Of a stretch of DNA of 64,000 nt, positions 1-10,302 are shown piece by piece. The DNA is from Nitrospirota bacterium (lineage in GTDB: Bacteria; Nitrospirota; UBA9217). The translations under genes and the position numbers were made by a program. Within the stretch, counting starts at the first letter, position 1, and each line of letters opens with the position of its first letter. Location: positions 64,001-128,000 of the forward strand of contig JAOUEV010000002.1 in the NCBI GenBank assembly GCA_029858565.1. The letters run 5' to 3'. A model generated the notes under the pieces. It saw only the letters and a list, made by a program, of their open reading frames with translations, ran no database searches and had not been told where the DNA came from.

Positions 1-1
1 G

Positions 2-601
2 AAAAAGACCGGAGGACGGGTCATCACGCCGGGTGTTTATCCTGCCTCGATCGACCTGGACGGCAGCGCATGCCTGTTTCAGATCACGTTCCCCGATACG
101 GCCGATGTTATTACCGAACTGGGCGAGATCCAGTGTGAATTGAAGAAGGATATCCCTCAGGCTGTTCCTGAACCTCAGGCGGTGCAAATGCCCGCGCTTG
201 TGGCCGTTGCACCGCCTGCGCACCAGTCTGCGTTGCAGGCTCCTTTCCGCGAGGTCACCGTGGGAATCCGGTTCGACCGCACCGGGAACCTGGAGCGTCA
301 GCAGGATCGCAGAGCGCTCGCGGCCCTTGCCAAGGAGCTGGAAAAGAATCCGACGCTTGCCGTTGCGATAGAAGTGCACGGCGACCGGCAGGGAACGGAG
401 CGGGACCAGCAGCGCACGGGAGCACGGGCAGCAGATCAGATCCGACGAGCGCTGATCCAGGCCGGCGTGCGCTCTGAGCGGATCGGGGCCGTCGAGAACC
501 GGGGAAGGTCGAAGATGCTGTGCTCCGAGGAAACGGCGGAGTGCGATCGCATGAACCGCCGGGCGGTCATCCGGCTGGTGGGTGAAAGTTCTGCGCGGTG
601 A
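2..601 (+). CDS. OmpA-like C-terminal domain protein (5'-truncated by window edge)
   Basis: Frame is open from position 2 (KKTGGRVITPG...). The C-terminus has an OmpA-like pattern: IEVHGDRQG...RAADQIRRALIQAGV...NRRAVI. Confidence 0.7.
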   Translation, partial: KKTGGRVITPGVYPASIDLDGSACLFQITFPDTADVITELGEIQCELKKDIPQAVPEPQAVQMPALVAVAPPAHQSALQAPFREVTVGIRFDRTGNLERQQDRRALAALAKELEKNPTLAVAIEVHGDRQGTERDQQRTGARAADQIRRALIQAGVRSERIGAVENRGRSKMLCSEETAECDRMNRRAVIRLVGESSAR

Positions 602-638
602 CCGTGCGGGCATTGATGCAGGAGCGGGAGATCTGATC

Positions 639-1829
639 ATGAAAAGAGCATTCTGGTACGCGATCTTGCATTTGACGCTGGCAGTCACGGTTGTCATGCC
701 AGCGGCGGCTGCGCCGAAGCAGGCCCCCGCTCGGCCCGTAAAGACGAAACGCCTGGTCAAGGCGAATAAGACTGTCACCCCTCTCTTGAATGTGCAGGGA
801 TTCCGCCCCGGGATGAGGATGGCGGAGGTCCGGCAACTGCTCCGGAAAAAAGGGGTGAGCGAGTACACAACCGCGTACGCTGATCTGTTCGTCTACAGTC
901 CGGCTCCGAACACCGAGATGCGGCTCCGGTTTACCTGCGGCGCCAAAGGCTGGGTGCTGGGGTCGGGCGAACTGGAAACGGTCTTCTCCCGGGAAGAATC
1001 TGCGATCGCCGTTCCACGCTACCGGGACATGCTGCTCGCGAAATACGGGACGCCGGTGCTCCCGTCCCCATCCCCGGACCGCATCGACCTCTGCTGGGGC
1101 GCGTGTCTTTCCGGCGCGAAAGGCGTCAGGGCCGTTGCCGCGACATCCGATGCTCCGGACGGGCTCGTGCGTCTTCGGCTGACCGTCGAGAACGCTGCGC
1201 TGGTGCAATCGTGCCAGGGCGATCGCGAGCGGAAGATCGGCCGTTGGCTCTCCCGGTGGACCCGGGATATCGCCAAGTTCCAGCTCGGGATGAGCCTGCG
1301 GGAGGCGTCCAAACTCTATCAGAAGCGTTATGGCGATCCGCTGCTCGTGGCGCGGGAAAAGGATGAAAGCGGCGGCAGGAAGGTCGTGACGATCCTGGCG
1401 ACGAACGAACACGATTTCTTCGCAGGCCTGGACGCCGACTCGCTCCTGTTCGAGGGAAAGGGGCCGGGACGCATTCACCTCAAATTCACCGGCAGCGAGG
1501 CGGAGTTCGCAACAGGGCTGAACCAGCGTCTCTTCGCGGCGTCCTTTACAACGACCGATTTCACGGACGAGCACCGGTTCTCCGATCTGGACGCGAAACT
1601 GGACATCTTCATCAAAGCCTACGGAAAGCCCTCCGACGTCATTCGCCTGACCGGGCTTATTACGGCCACGTGGCAGGGCGGCGGGAAACAGCGCACCCTC
1701 TCGATCGCCGACTCCGGCATGATCAGCATCGAGCAGTTCGACGGGGTCCTGCTGGAGACCTACCGGGACGCGGCGGTCCAGCGGCAACAGGGCGATGCGG
1801 GCACGAAGTTCGACCGGAACATCTTCTAG
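639..1829 (+). CDS. Exported hypothetical protein with two internally similar halves
   Basis: ATG at 639 after GGGAG. Signal peptide MKRAFWYAILHLTLAVTVVMPAAAA. Internal similarity GFRPGMRMAEV/KFQLGMSLREA and KYGTP/AYGKP. Confidence 0.7.
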   Translation: MKRAFWYAILHLTLAVTVVMPAAAAPKQAPARPVKTKRLVKANKTVTPLLNVQGFRPGMRMAEVRQLLRKKGVSEYTTAYADLFVYSPAPNTEMRLRFTCGAKGWVLGSGELETVFSREESAIAVPRYRDMLLAKYGTPVLPSPSPDRIDLCWGACLSGAKGVRAVAATSDAPDGLVRLRLTVENAALVQSCQGDRERKIGRWLSRWTRDIAKFQLGMSLREASKLYQKRYGDPLLVAREKDESGGRKVVTILATNEHDFFAGLDADSLLFEGKGPGRIHLKFTGSEAEFATGLNQRLFAASFTTTDFTDEHRFSDLDAKLDIFIKAYGKPSDVIRLTGLITATWQGGGKQRTLSIADSGMISIEQFDGVLLETYRDAAVQRQQGDAGTKFDRNIF

Positions 1830-1884
1830 AACACCACTTCCCTGCTTGTTGTCCACGATCCGCAAATCCTCTCCTTTTTTGCGA

Positions 1885-1914
1885 TTGACACTCATTTCCG
1901 CTATCTGGTATAGT
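1885..1914 (+). promoter_or_regulatory. Sigma70 promoter of the trp operon
   Basis: TTGACA (1885-1890), 18-nt spacer ending TGG, TATAGT (1909-1914), about 30 nt before the trpE ATG. Confidence 0.75.
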
Positions 1915-1943
1915 AAAAACCTATTTATTTTTCAGGGAGTTTT

Positions 1944-3428
1944 ATGATCCGTCCTACGCTCGAAGAGTTCAAAGACAAGGCGAAAAAAGGGAATCTCATT
2001 CCCGTGTACCGCGAGATCCTGGCGGACATGGAGACGCCGGTGTCGGCGTTCCGGAAGATCGACGACGGCAGGTATTCCTTTCTGCTCGAATCGGTCGAAG
2101 GCGGCGAGAAATGGGCGCGCTATTCCTTTCTTGGCAGCAGGCCTGAGGTGGTGGTGCAGAGCCGGGACCGGCGGATCGAGATCCTCCGGCGGGGGAGGAA
2201 AGAGACCCGGACCTTTGAGAACGATCCCCTTGAGGCGATAAAGGACATCATGGCTGAATACCGGCCGGTACCCGATCCCGCTCTTCCGCGTTTCTACGGC
2301 GGCGGCGTGGGGTTCATCGGGTTCGACGTGGTCCGGTTCTTCGAATCCATGCCCGAGCGCAAGAAGCCGGGCCTTGATATCCCCGATGTGCTGTTCATGG
2401 TCACCGACACACTGGTGATCTTCGACAATGCGACCCACCGGATCAAGGTCCTGTCGAACGCCCATGTGAACGGCGGGTCCGTGACAGCGGCGTACAAGGA
2501 CGCGGTCAAGAAGATCGACGGGATCGTGAAAAAGTTAAAGAGCAGGGGCCGGGGGCCGGTAGCCGGTGGCCGGGGAAAGAAATCAAAAAGCGGCCAGCTT
2601 AAATCCAACTTTACGCAGGCGAAGTACGAGCAGGCGGTGCTGAAGGCCAAGGAGTACATCAAGGCAGGCGACATCTTCCAGGTCGTGCCGTCGCAGCGGT
2701 TCGAGCGCAAGGTCACGGCCGAGCCTTTTGAGATATACCGCGCGCTGCGGCTGATCAATCCATCACCCTACATGTACTACCTGCGCTGCGGTGACACAAC
2801 GGTGGTCGGCGCCTCGCCCGAGGTGATGGTGCGGCTCGAAGGCGAACGCATCGAGCTCCGTCCGATCGCGGGCACGCGGAAGCGCGGGGCGACCGAGGAC
2901 GAGGACCTGGCATTGGAGCGGGAACTCCTGGCTGATCCCAAGGAGCGGGCCGAGCACATCATGCTTGTCGATCTGGGCAGGAACGATGTCGGTCGGGTGA
3001 GCACGGCCGGCAGCGTTCATGTGTCCGAGCTCATGGTGATCGAACGGTATTCCCACGTCATGCACATCGTCTCGAACGTGCGCGGAACGATCGCGCCGGG
3101 CAGGGATGCCTATGACGTGGTCCGGGCGTGCTTCCCGGCCGGCACGGTCTCGGGCGCTCCCAAGATCAGGGCCATGCAGATCATTGACGAGCTGGAGCCC
3201 ACGCGGCGCGGCCCCTATGCCGGCGCGGTCGGATACTTCGGGTTCTCCGGCAGCATGGACACCTGCATCACGATCCGCACCCTGGTGATCAAGGATAAGA
3301 CAGCCTACATCCAGGCAGGCGGCGGCGTTGTTGCGGACAGCGTTCCCGCGCTTGAATACCAGGAAACGGTAAACAAGGCCAAGGCCATGATGCGGGCCGT
3401 GGAGATGGCGGAAGAGGGATTGGATTAA
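1944..3428 (+). CDS. trpE: Anthranilate synthase component I
   Basis: [55 protein letters not shown] and [14 protein letters not shown] motifs. Confidence 0.97.
   Translation: MIRPTLEEFKDKAKKGNLIPVYREILADMETPVSAFRKIDDGRYSFLLESVEGGEKWARYSFLGSRPEVVVQSRDRRIEILRRGRKETRTFENDPLEAIKDIMAEYRPVPDPALPRFYGGGVGFIGFDVVRFFESMPERKKPGLDIPDVLFMVTDTLVIFDNATHRIKVLSNAHVNGGSVTAAYKDAVKKIDGIVKKLKSRGRGPVAGGRGKKSKSGQLKSNFTQAKYEQAVLKAKEYIKAGDIFQVVPSQRFERKVTAEPFEIYRALRLINPSPYMYYLRCGDTTVVGASPEVMVRLEGERIELRPIAGTRKRGATEDEDLALERELLADPKERAEHIMLVDLGRNDVGRVSTAGSVHVSELMVIERYSHVMHIVSNVRGTIAPGRDAYDVVRACFPAGTVSGAPKIRAMQIIDELEPTRRGPYAGAVGYFGFSGSMDTCITIRTLVIKDKTAYIQAGGGVVADSVPALEYQETVNKAKAMMRAVEMAEEGLD
2545..2572 (+). repeat. Four tandem heptamers inside the trpE linker
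   Basis: GGGGCCG GGGGCCG GTAGCCG GTGGCCG, encoding [10 protein letters not shown]. Confidence 0.6.
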
Positions 3429-3991
3429 TGTTATTAATGATCGACAATTACGATTCCTTCACCTACAACCTGGTCCAGTACCTGGGCGAACTGGGGCAGG
3501 ACCTGAAGGTGTTCCGGAACGACAAGCTGGCCATCGCCGAGATCGAGGCCATGCGTCCCGAACGGATCGTGATCTCGCCGGGACCCTGCACGCCGAAAGA
3601 GGCGGGTATCTCGGTCGAGGTGATCAAACATTTCACCGGGAAGATCCCGATCCTCGGCGTCTGCCTGGGCCACCAGTCCATTGGCGAGGCCATGGGCGGG
3701 GACGTGATCCGGGCGCCCTACCTGATGCACGGCAAGACCTCGATGATCCATCACGACAACAGGACCATTTTCGCGGGACTGCCGAATCCCTTTGAAGCAA
3801 CGCGCTACCACTCGCTCATCATCAAGCGCGAGACGCTTCCTCCGGTCCTCGAAGTGTCGGCCTGGACCGACGACGGCATCATCATGGGCGTGCGGCACAA
3901 ACAGCACAAGCTGGAAGGCGTGCAGTTCCATCCCGAGTCCATCCTGACCGGCGCGGGCAAGGACCTGCTGAGGAATTTTTTGAAACTATAA
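3428..3991 (+). CDS. trpG: Anthranilate synthase component II (glutamine amidotransferase)
   Basis: [36 protein letters not shown]; 1-nt overlap with trpE. Confidence 0.96.
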   Translation: MLLMIDNYDSFTYNLVQYLGELGQDLKVFRNDKLAIAEIEAMRPERIVISPGPCTPKEAGISVEVIKHFTGKIPILGVCLGHQSIGEAMGGDVIRAPYLMHGKTSMIHHDNRTIFAGLPNPFEATRYHSLIIKRETLPPVLEVSAWTDDGIIMGVRHKQHKLEGVQFHPESILTGAGKDLLRNFLKL

Positions 3992-4053
3992 ATCAGATTT
4001 GCGAAAATAATTTGTTGTTTTTGTGCTTACTTAATTGTCATGAAGAGGGATAT

Positions 4054-5067
4054 ATGATCAAAGAGGCGATCGCAAAGGTCACAGCAAAGACGAACCTCAC
4101 CGAGGCCGAGGCCGAGACGGTGATGCGCGAGATCATGCAGGGCGAGGCAACGGACGCCCAGATCGCCGCGTATATCACCGGCCTTCGCATGAAGGGCGAG
4201 ACCGTGGAGGAGATCACCGGGTCCGCGCGGGTCATGCGGGAGAAAGCGGTGAAGGTGAAGCTGAACGCGCCGTTCCAGGTGGACACCTGCGGCACCGGCG
4301 GGGACCTGTCCCATACCTTCAATATCTCGACGACCGCTGCTTTTGTCGTTGCAGCCGCGGGCGTGTCAGTCGCCAAGCACGGCAATCGCTCTGTTTCCAG
4401 CAAGAGCGGCAGCGCAGACGTGCTTCAGGCCCTGGGGATCAACATCGAGATCCCGTCCCACCGCGTTGAAGAATGTCTCGCGGAAGTGGGGATTGCGTTC
4501 CTCTTTGCTCCGCTCATGCACCAGGCCATGAAGTACGCCATCGGGCCGCGGAGGGAGATCGGGATACGGACCGTCTTCAATGTTCTTGGTCCGCTCACCA
4601 ATCCCGCAGGCGTTTCCTGCCAGATCATGGGTGTTTACTCGGCGGACCTGACCGGCATGCTCGCGCAGGTGCTCGGGAACCTCGGCTCCACCCATGCCTA
4701 TGTGGTGCACGGCATGGACGGCCTGGACGAGATCACGACCACCGACCGGACCAAAGTGTCGGAGCTGAAGAACGGCGAAGTGAACGACTATTACATCCAT
4801 CCCTCGGACTTCGATCTGCCCGCGGGAAAACCGGCGGACCTGAAGGGCGGGGACGCGAAGCAGAACGCCTCCCTGACCCTGGAAGTGCTGAAGGGCGAGA
4901 AGGGGCCGAAGCGCGACATCGTGGTGCTGAACGCGGCAGCGGGCCTGGCAGCCGCGGGAAAGGCAAGGGATATCCGCGACGGCGTGCGTATCGCGGCGGA
5001 ATCGATCGACTCCGGAGCGGCGATGAAGAAACTGGAACAGTTGAAGTCGTTCACGAACAGACCTTAA
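4054..5067 (+). CDS. trpD: Anthranilate phosphoribosyltransferase
   Basis: DTCGTGGD, FNISTT, KHGNRSVSSKSGSAD, RTVFNVLGPLTNP; ATG at 4054 after GAGGGA. Confidence 0.97.
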   Translation: MIKEAIAKVTAKTNLTEAEAETVMREIMQGEATDAQIAAYITGLRMKGETVEEITGSARVMREKAVKVKLNAPFQVDTCGTGGDLSHTFNISTTAAFVVAAAGVSVAKHGNRSVSSKSGSADVLQALGINIEIPSHRVEECLAEVGIAFLFAPLMHQAMKYAIGPRREIGIRTVFNVLGPLTNPAGVSCQIMGVYSADLTGMLAQVLGNLGSTHAYVVHGMDGLDEITTTDRTKVSELKNGEVNDYYIHPSDFDLPAGKPADLKGGDAKQNASLTLEVLKGEKGPKRDIVVLNAAAGLAAAGKARDIRDGVRIAAESIDSGAAMKKLEQLKSFTNRP

Positions 5068-5069
5068 AC

Positions 5070-5150
5070 GTAAGGGGTAAGGGGGTAAGGGGTAAGGAGT
5101 AGTTGCAGGGGATGGAGCGACGGATTTTCCCCTCACCCCTCGCACCTGAC
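5070..5150. repeat. Intergenic heptamer-repeat inverted element
   Basis: About four GTAAGGG units, a spacer, then CCCCTCA CCCCTCG CACCTGA (complementary arm). Confidence 0.65.
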
Positions 5151-5157
5151 GGAGTCC

Positions 5158-5940
5158 ATGATCCTCGACGAGATCGTAGCATATAAAAAAGAAGAACTTG
5201 CCGAAGTAAAGCGGCGCGTGCCGCTTTCCGAGATCAGGGCGCATGTCGGAGATGCCGGTCCGACGCGGGGTTTCGGGAAGGCTCTGTCCGCGCGAACGGA
5301 TATCCGGTTGATCGCTGAAGTAAAGAAGGCGTCTCCGTCCAAGGGCGTCATCCGTCAGGATTTCGATCCGACGGGAATCGCCGGGACCTACGAACGATCG
5401 GGCGCGGCATGCCTGTCAGTGCTTACGGAAAAGAAGTTTTTTCAGGGAAGCCTTGATTACCTCGGGGCCATACGCAAGGTCGTGGGACTTCCGCTGCTCC
5501 GCAAGGACTTTATCATCGATGACTATCAGATCTTCGAGGCCAGGGCGGCCGGCGCCGACGCGATCCTGCTGATCGCGGCCTGTCTGGAACTGAGCCGGAT
5601 GGAGGACTATCTCGGCGTTGCAGCGGGATTGGGGCTCGATGTTCTGGTCGAGTCTCATACCGGAAGGGAGCTGGAGCAGTCGCTTCGGGCCGGCGCCATG
5701 CTCGTGGGGATCAACAACCGGAACCTCCTGACCTTCTCGGTGAGCATCCAGACGACCTTTGACCTGCTGAAGGACATTCCCGACGACCGCATCGTGGTGA
5801 GCGAAAGCGGGATCAAGACGCGGGAAGATGTGGTGAAGCTGCAGCAGGCCGGAGTGGACGCGATCCTGGTGGGCGAAAGCCTGATGCGGGAGAAGGACAT
5901 CGGGAAGAAAGTGAAGGAGTTGCTCGGAAAATATGATTAG
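5158..5940 (+). CDS. trpC: Indole-3-glycerol phosphate synthase
   Basis: IAEVKKASPSKG, SVLTE, LRKDFI, GINNRNL, SESGI. Confidence 0.97.
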   Translation: MILDEIVAYKKEELAEVKRRVPLSEIRAHVGDAGPTRGFGKALSARTDIRLIAEVKKASPSKGVIRQDFDPTGIAGTYERSGAACLSVLTEKKFFQGSLDYLGAIRKVVGLPLLRKDFIIDDYQIFEARAAGADAILLIAACLELSRMEDYLGVAAGLGLDVLVESHTGRELEQSLRAGAMLVGINNRNLLTFSVSIQTTFDLLKDIPDDRIVVSESGIKTREDVVKLQQAGVDAILVGESLMREKDIGKKVKELLGKYD

Positions 5941-6553
5941 GATAAAGATCTGCGGTATCACGAACCTCGATGACGCAATGGCCGCCGCGGAAGCTGGCGC
6001 AGACGCGCTGGGATTCATATTCTACAAGAAGAGCCCCCGGTACGTGGAGCCGCTGCGCGCTGCAGAGATCATCGCCCAATTACCGCCGTTCGTCACCCCC
6101 GTGGGCGTGTTCGTGAACGAACGGGAAGAGAAGATCCGGGAAACCGTTTCTCTCGCCTGTCTTCAGGCCGTGCAGCTCCACGGCGACGAGACCCCGGAGT
6201 TCTGTCAGCGTTTCGGCACACGGGTGATCAAGGCTTTCCAGATCAAGAACAAGGAGAGCCTCAAGCACATGTCCCACTTCCGGGTGAGCGCCTATCTGCT
6301 CGACAGCTACAAGGAAGGCCTTCGCGGCGGGACCGGCGAGATCTTTGACTGGCACCTGGCCGTGGTGGCGAAGACTTTCGGCCGGATCATCCTTGCCGGC
6401 GGCCTGACGCCGGACAACGTGACCGAGGCGGTGAAGCTCGTGCAGCCCTACGGCGTTGATGTGGCCGGCGGCGTGGAGCGGGAGAAAGGCCTGAAGGACC
6501 ATGGAAAGCTCAAGAAGTTCATTACCGAGGTGCGGAGGGCGTCGAGACCATGA
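5933..6553 (+). CDS. trpF: Phosphoribosylanthranilate isomerase
   Basis: [42 protein letters not shown]. Confidence 0.96.
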   Translation: MIRIKICGITNLDDAMAAAEAGADALGFIFYKKSPRYVEPLRAAEIIAQLPPFVTPVGVFVNEREEKIRETVSLACLQAVQLHGDETPEFCQRFGTRVIKAFQIKNKESLKHMSHFRVSAYLLDSYKEGLRGGTGEIFDWHLAVVAKTFGRIILAGGLTPDNVTEAVKLVQPYGVDVAGGVEREKGLKDHGKLKKFITEVRRASRP

Positions 6554-7740
6554 GCATGCCTGACAAGACAGGTCATTTCGGTGTCTACGGCGGCAGATTC
6601 GCGCCTGAGACGCTCATGCCGGCGCTCTTTGAACTGGAGAAGGCCTATTCTGCCGCGCGGAAGGACAAGGAATTCCAGACGACCCTGGAGTTCTACAACC
6701 GGGAGTTCATCGGCAGGCCCACGCCGCTCTACCTCGCGTCGCGGCTGAGCGACCATCTCGGCGGCGCGAAGATCTACCTGAAGCGCGAGGACCTTTGCCA
6801 CACCGGCGCGCACAAGATCAACAACTCCCTGGCCCAGGTGCTGCTGGCGAAACGCATGGGCAAGACCCGCGTGGTAGCAGAGACCGGAGCCGGTCAGCAC
6901 GGCGTGGCAACCGCAACCGCGGCGGCCATGTTCGGCATGGACTGCGAGATCTACATGGGCACCGACGATGTGGCGCGTCAGTCTCTCAACGTTTTCCGCA
7001 TGAAGCTTCTGGGCGCGACCGTCCACCCCGTGGACCTGGGCAGCAAGACGCTCAAGGACGCGATCAACGAGGCAATGCGCGACTGGATCACGAACGTGGG
7101 GACCACCCACTATGTGCTCGGTACGGTCTTCGGCCCCCATCCCTTCCCTATGATGGTACGGGATTTCCAGTCCGTGATCGGGCGGGAAGCGAAGAAGCAG
7201 ATCATGAAGATGGAAGGCCGGCTTCCTGACGCACTGGTGGCCTGCGTGGGCGGCGGATCGAACGCCATGGGCCTGTTCTACGAGTTCCTGGAGGACGCCT
7301 CGGTCAAGATGTACGGCGTCGAAGCAGGCGGGACCGGTATTGAACGGGGCAAGCACGCAGCTCGGTTCTCAGGCGGGTCACTCGGTGTGCTGCAGGGCAC
7401 CAAGACCTTCATCCTCCAGGACGACGACGGCCAGATCGAAATGACCCATTCAGTCTCTGCCGGCCTGGATTACGCGGCAGTGGGTCCTGAGCATGCGTTC
7501 TACCACGACACGGGCCGGATCGAACATCCCTATGCGATCGACGAAGAGGCCATGGAGGCATTCGATCTGCTGGCAAGGCTCGAAGGCATCATTCCCGCGC
7601 TCGAAAGCGCCCACGCCGTCGCCTATTGCCTCAAGCTCGCGCCGACCCTCGGCAAGGAAAAGGTCATTATCTGCAATCTCTCGGGCCGCGGGGACAAGGA
7701 CGTGATGCAGGTGGCGAAGATGAAGGGTGTGGAGTTGTAG
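6550..7740 (+). CDS. trpB: Tryptophan synthase beta chain
   Basis: [49 protein letters not shown]. Confidence 0.98.
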   Translation: MSMPDKTGHFGVYGGRFAPETLMPALFELEKAYSAARKDKEFQTTLEFYNREFIGRPTPLYLASRLSDHLGGAKIYLKREDLCHTGAHKINNSLAQVLLAKRMGKTRVVAETGAGQHGVATATAAAMFGMDCEIYMGTDDVARQSLNVFRMKLLGATVHPVDLGSKTLKDAINEAMRDWITNVGTTHYVLGTVFGPHPFPMMVRDFQSVIGREAKKQIMKMEGRLPDALVACVGGGSNAMGLFYEFLEDASVKMYGVEAGGTGIERGKHAARFSGGSLGVLQGTKTFILQDDDGQIEMTHSVSAGLDYAAVGPEHAFYHDTGRIEHPYAIDEEAMEAFDLLARLEGIIPALESAHAVAYCLKLAPTLGKEKVIICNLSGRGDKDVMQVAKMKGVEL

Positions 7741-7770
7741 CGATTGCAGATTGCGGGATAACGGCCGACT

Positions 7771-8265
7771 ATGCTCGACTACCTAGGGATATTCAAGAGA
7801 TTTAATGAAGAAGGTGTTCGCTACCTTGTGGTGGGTGGCTTGGCAATGAACCTTCTTGGGGTTCCCCGGGTCACTTACGACATCGATATTCTGATCGATA
7901 TGACGGATGAAAATATCGAAGTGTTGATGCGCCTCATGAAAGAGTGGGGATTCAAGCCGAAGCTCCCCGTGAAAGTCATGGATTTTGCAGACAGGGAAAA
8001 GCGTAAAGATTGGATAGAGACGAAGCATATGAAAGCGTTCAATCTGGTGAATGCAAAATGGGCGCTGTCCGAGATCGATATAATCATCGATGCTCCGGTT
8101 GCATACCCTGAGGCGCGCAAACATGCTAAAAAGATATCGGTGCAGGGAATATCCATCCCGGTTATTTCGATAGATGATCTCATTAAGATGAAAACGACGG
8201 CCGGCCGTGAGATGGATAAGGCGGATATCCAGTATCTCCGCAGGGTGAAAAATGGGAAAAAGTAA
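7771..8265 (+). CDS. Nucleotidyltransferase (DUF6036/AbiEii-like fold)
   Basis: VVGGLA...PRVTYDIDIL and C-terminal K..AGR..D.AD. Visibly more AT-rich than the trp genes. Confidence 0.8.
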   Translation: MLDYLGIFKRFNEEGVRYLVVGGLAMNLLGVPRVTYDIDILIDMTDENIEVLMRLMKEWGFKPKLPVKVMDFADREKRKDWIETKHMKAFNLVNAKWALSEIDIIIDAPVAYPEARKHAKKISVQGISIPVISIDDLIKMKTTAGREMDKADIQYLRRVKNGKK

Positions 8266-8431
8266 AAACAAGGGGTTCCGCTATTACGTAAGCGAGGACA
8301 TGCTTGAGCGGTATCAGAAAAAGCCCGTTTCCTTGCGTTTGCAGTGGCTCTATATGGCAAATGTGCTCCGTAAGGGGCTGAGCAAGCGGACTATTGCGAT
8401 GCAGGACCGGTTCCGGGAAGGTAAAGGCTGA
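8252..8431 (+). CDS. 59-aa basic protein overlapping the nucleotidyltransferase end (not in ORF track); possible antitoxin/partner
   Basis: Manual translation: MGKSKNKGFRYYVSEDMLERYQKKPVSLRLQWLYMANVLRKGLSKRTIAMQDRFREGKG*. 14-nt overlap with the upstream gene. Confidence 0.65.
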   Translation: MGKSKNKGFRYYVSEDMLERYQKKPVSLRLQWLYMANVLRKGLSKRTIAMQDRFREGKG

Positions 8432-8559
8432 ATCGCCGCTGTAACAAGTGCCCTTTGATCCGACGGGTCTTGAAAAACGATGGCGATAAACTGGCAGGCA
8501 GCATCACGGTCATTACCAAGGAAAAGATCAGACTCATTCCCCTGCAAGAAGTGCGATAA
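8431..8559 (+). pseudogene. Possible C-terminal remnant of a DUF5615 PIN-like protein
   Basis: Frame reads NKCPLIRRVLKNDGDKLAGSITVITKEKIRLIPLQEVR*, resembling from memory DUF5615 C-termini. No N-terminal half. Confidence 0.3.
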
Positions 8560-8620
8560 CGAACAAACGCCGCAGCTGATTGAGGCGAAGAAGTAAGTAT
8601 TTGCCGATGAGGTAATGGTA

Positions 8621-9433
8621 ATGAAGAGGATCGTGTTCATACTTGCCTTCCTATTGTTTCCGCTGCTGGCGATCGGGCAGGAGCCCCTTTGGGTGGAGGC
8701 CGCCGGCGAATCGCAGATGGGCGAGATGGACATGCAGAAAGAGGTCAAGGACCGGGCAAAGCGCGATGCCCAGGCCAAGGCCGTGGAGCAGGCCGTGGGC
8801 GCGTTCGTCAAGTCTCACACGCTGGTCTCGAACAACCAGGTTGCCGAGGACCTGATCTTCGCGGCAGTTCGCGGCAAGATCGATAAGATGAACGTCCTGT
8901 CCGAGGGATGGGACGAGAAGGACCGGAGCATCTACCGGGTCAGGATCAAGGCGCTGGTGGCGCCGGTCTATCCGGAAAAGGGCGAAGGCCTGAACGTGAA
9001 AGCGAACCTGCACAAGAGTGTGCTGAAAGAAGGCGAGGAGACAAAGATCTCCTTTCAGGCCAACGAGGACTGCTATGTCTATATCTTCTCGGTTGCTGCC
9101 GACGGCTCCGTGACCCTGCTTCTGCCGAACTCGCAGAACAAGGACAACAAGGCGGTCAAGGACAAGGTCTACACCTTCCCGGACGAAAAGAGCGAGATCT
9201 CGCTGCAGGCGCAGTTCCTGCCTGATTTCAAGGGAGAACGGGCCGAGGAGAAGATCAAGATCCTTGCGACGAAAAAAGAAGAGGCCCTGATCCCACTCGG
9301 TTTCCAGGAGGGGATGTTCAAGGCCTATGACGCAAAGTCTACGGGAATGATCAACGACCTGGTGCGGAAATTGAGCCACATCGACCCCACGGAATGGGCG
9401 GATTTTACCGTCACCTATACCATAACGAGATAG
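8621..9433 (+). CDS. Exported DUF4384-domain protein with N-terminal FlgT/LPP20-like region
   Basis: Signal peptide; A.RDAQAKAVEQAVG; GEETKISFQANEDCYVYIFSVAADGSVTLLLPN (DUF4384 pattern); GAGGT RBS. Confidence 0.75.
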   Translation: MKRIVFILAFLLFPLLAIGQEPLWVEAAGESQMGEMDMQKEVKDRAKRDAQAKAVEQAVGAFVKSHTLVSNNQVAEDLIFAAVRGKIDKMNVLSEGWDEKDRSIYRVRIKALVAPVYPEKGEGLNVKANLHKSVLKEGEETKISFQANEDCYVYIFSVAADGSVTLLLPNSQNKDNKAVKDKVYTFPDEKSEISLQAQFLPDFKGERAEEKIKILATKKEEALIPLGFQEGMFKAYDAKSTGMINDLVRKLSHIDPTEWADFTVTYTITR

Positions 9434-9450
9434 CAGCGAACGAGAGGACC

Positions 9451-10263
9451 ATGTCCAGGATCAAGAACACCTTCAACCGATTGCGCAAGCGGAACGAACC
9501 GGCGCTCATCCCCTACCTCATGGCCGGGGACCCTGATCTGGCAACGACCAGGGAGATCATCCTTGCCCTGGAAAAGGCGGGCTGTGATATAATTGAGCTT
9601 GGCGCTCCATTTTCCGATCCTCTGGCAGACGGGCCGACCATTCAGAAGGCGGCCCTCCGTTCTTTGCAGCACCATACGAGCATCAAGGATGTGCTCGGCC
9701 TTGTCGCCGATGTCCGCACGGTCAGCAAGATCCCGCTCATCATCATGACCTACTATAACCTGATCTTTCACTACGGCGAGGAGCGGTTCGTGCATGACGC
9801 GGTTGCCGCTGGTTTGGACGGGATCATCCTGCCGGACCTGCCTCCGGAAGAGGCGGGAACGCTGATCACCGCCGCGAAAAGGGAAGGCCTGGACACGATC
9901 TTCCTGCTCGCGCCCACGAGCACTGACGAACGCATGAAGGTCGTGGCGCGGGCGTCCCAGGGATTCATCTACTATGTTTCGCTCACCGGCGTGACCGGCT
10001 CCACCGTGGGGCTCCAGCAGTCCGCCATCGCCGGGTCCCTTGAAAAGATCCGGGCGTTGACGGACAAGCCCGTGGCCGTGGGATTCGGCATTGCCACGCC
10101 GGACCAGGCGGCGCAGGTGGCGACCTGGGGCGCCGACGGAGTGATCGTGGGCAGCGCCCTGGTAAAAGTGATCGAGCAGCACGCGGCATCTCCCGATGTC
10201 GCTGATCGGGCAGCGGAGTTCGTGAAGTCCCTCAAGCAGGGTGTGCTGGCGACGCGGTCCTAG
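9451..10263 (+). CDS. trpA: Tryptophan synthase alpha chain
   Basis: YLMAGDP, IELGAPFSDPLADGPTIQ, MTYYN, DLPPEE, GVTG, VGFGI, DGVIVGSA. Confidence 0.98.
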   Translation: MSRIKNTFNRLRKRNEPALIPYLMAGDPDLATTREIILALEKAGCDIIELGAPFSDPLADGPTIQKAALRSLQHHTSIKDVLGLVADVRTVSKIPLIIMTYYNLIFHYGEERFVHDAVAAGLDGIILPDLPPEEAGTLITAAKREGLDTIFLLAPTSTDERMKVVARASQGFIYYVSLTGVTGSTVGLQQSAIAGSLEKIRALTDKPVAVGFGIATPDQAAQVATWGADGVIVGSALVKVIEQHAASPDVADRAAEFVKSLKQGVLATRS

Positions 10264-10302
10264 CGGGTCGCTGCTCGCCGTGTCGCAGGGGGGGAGGGTC
10301 CG

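Noticed and set aside
567-1895. Long antisense ORF (442 aa), and similar ones at 17797-19104, 34884-36176 and 48044-49192
   Set aside because: Shadow frames opposite well-supported genes in GC-rich DNA, with no recognisable motifs.
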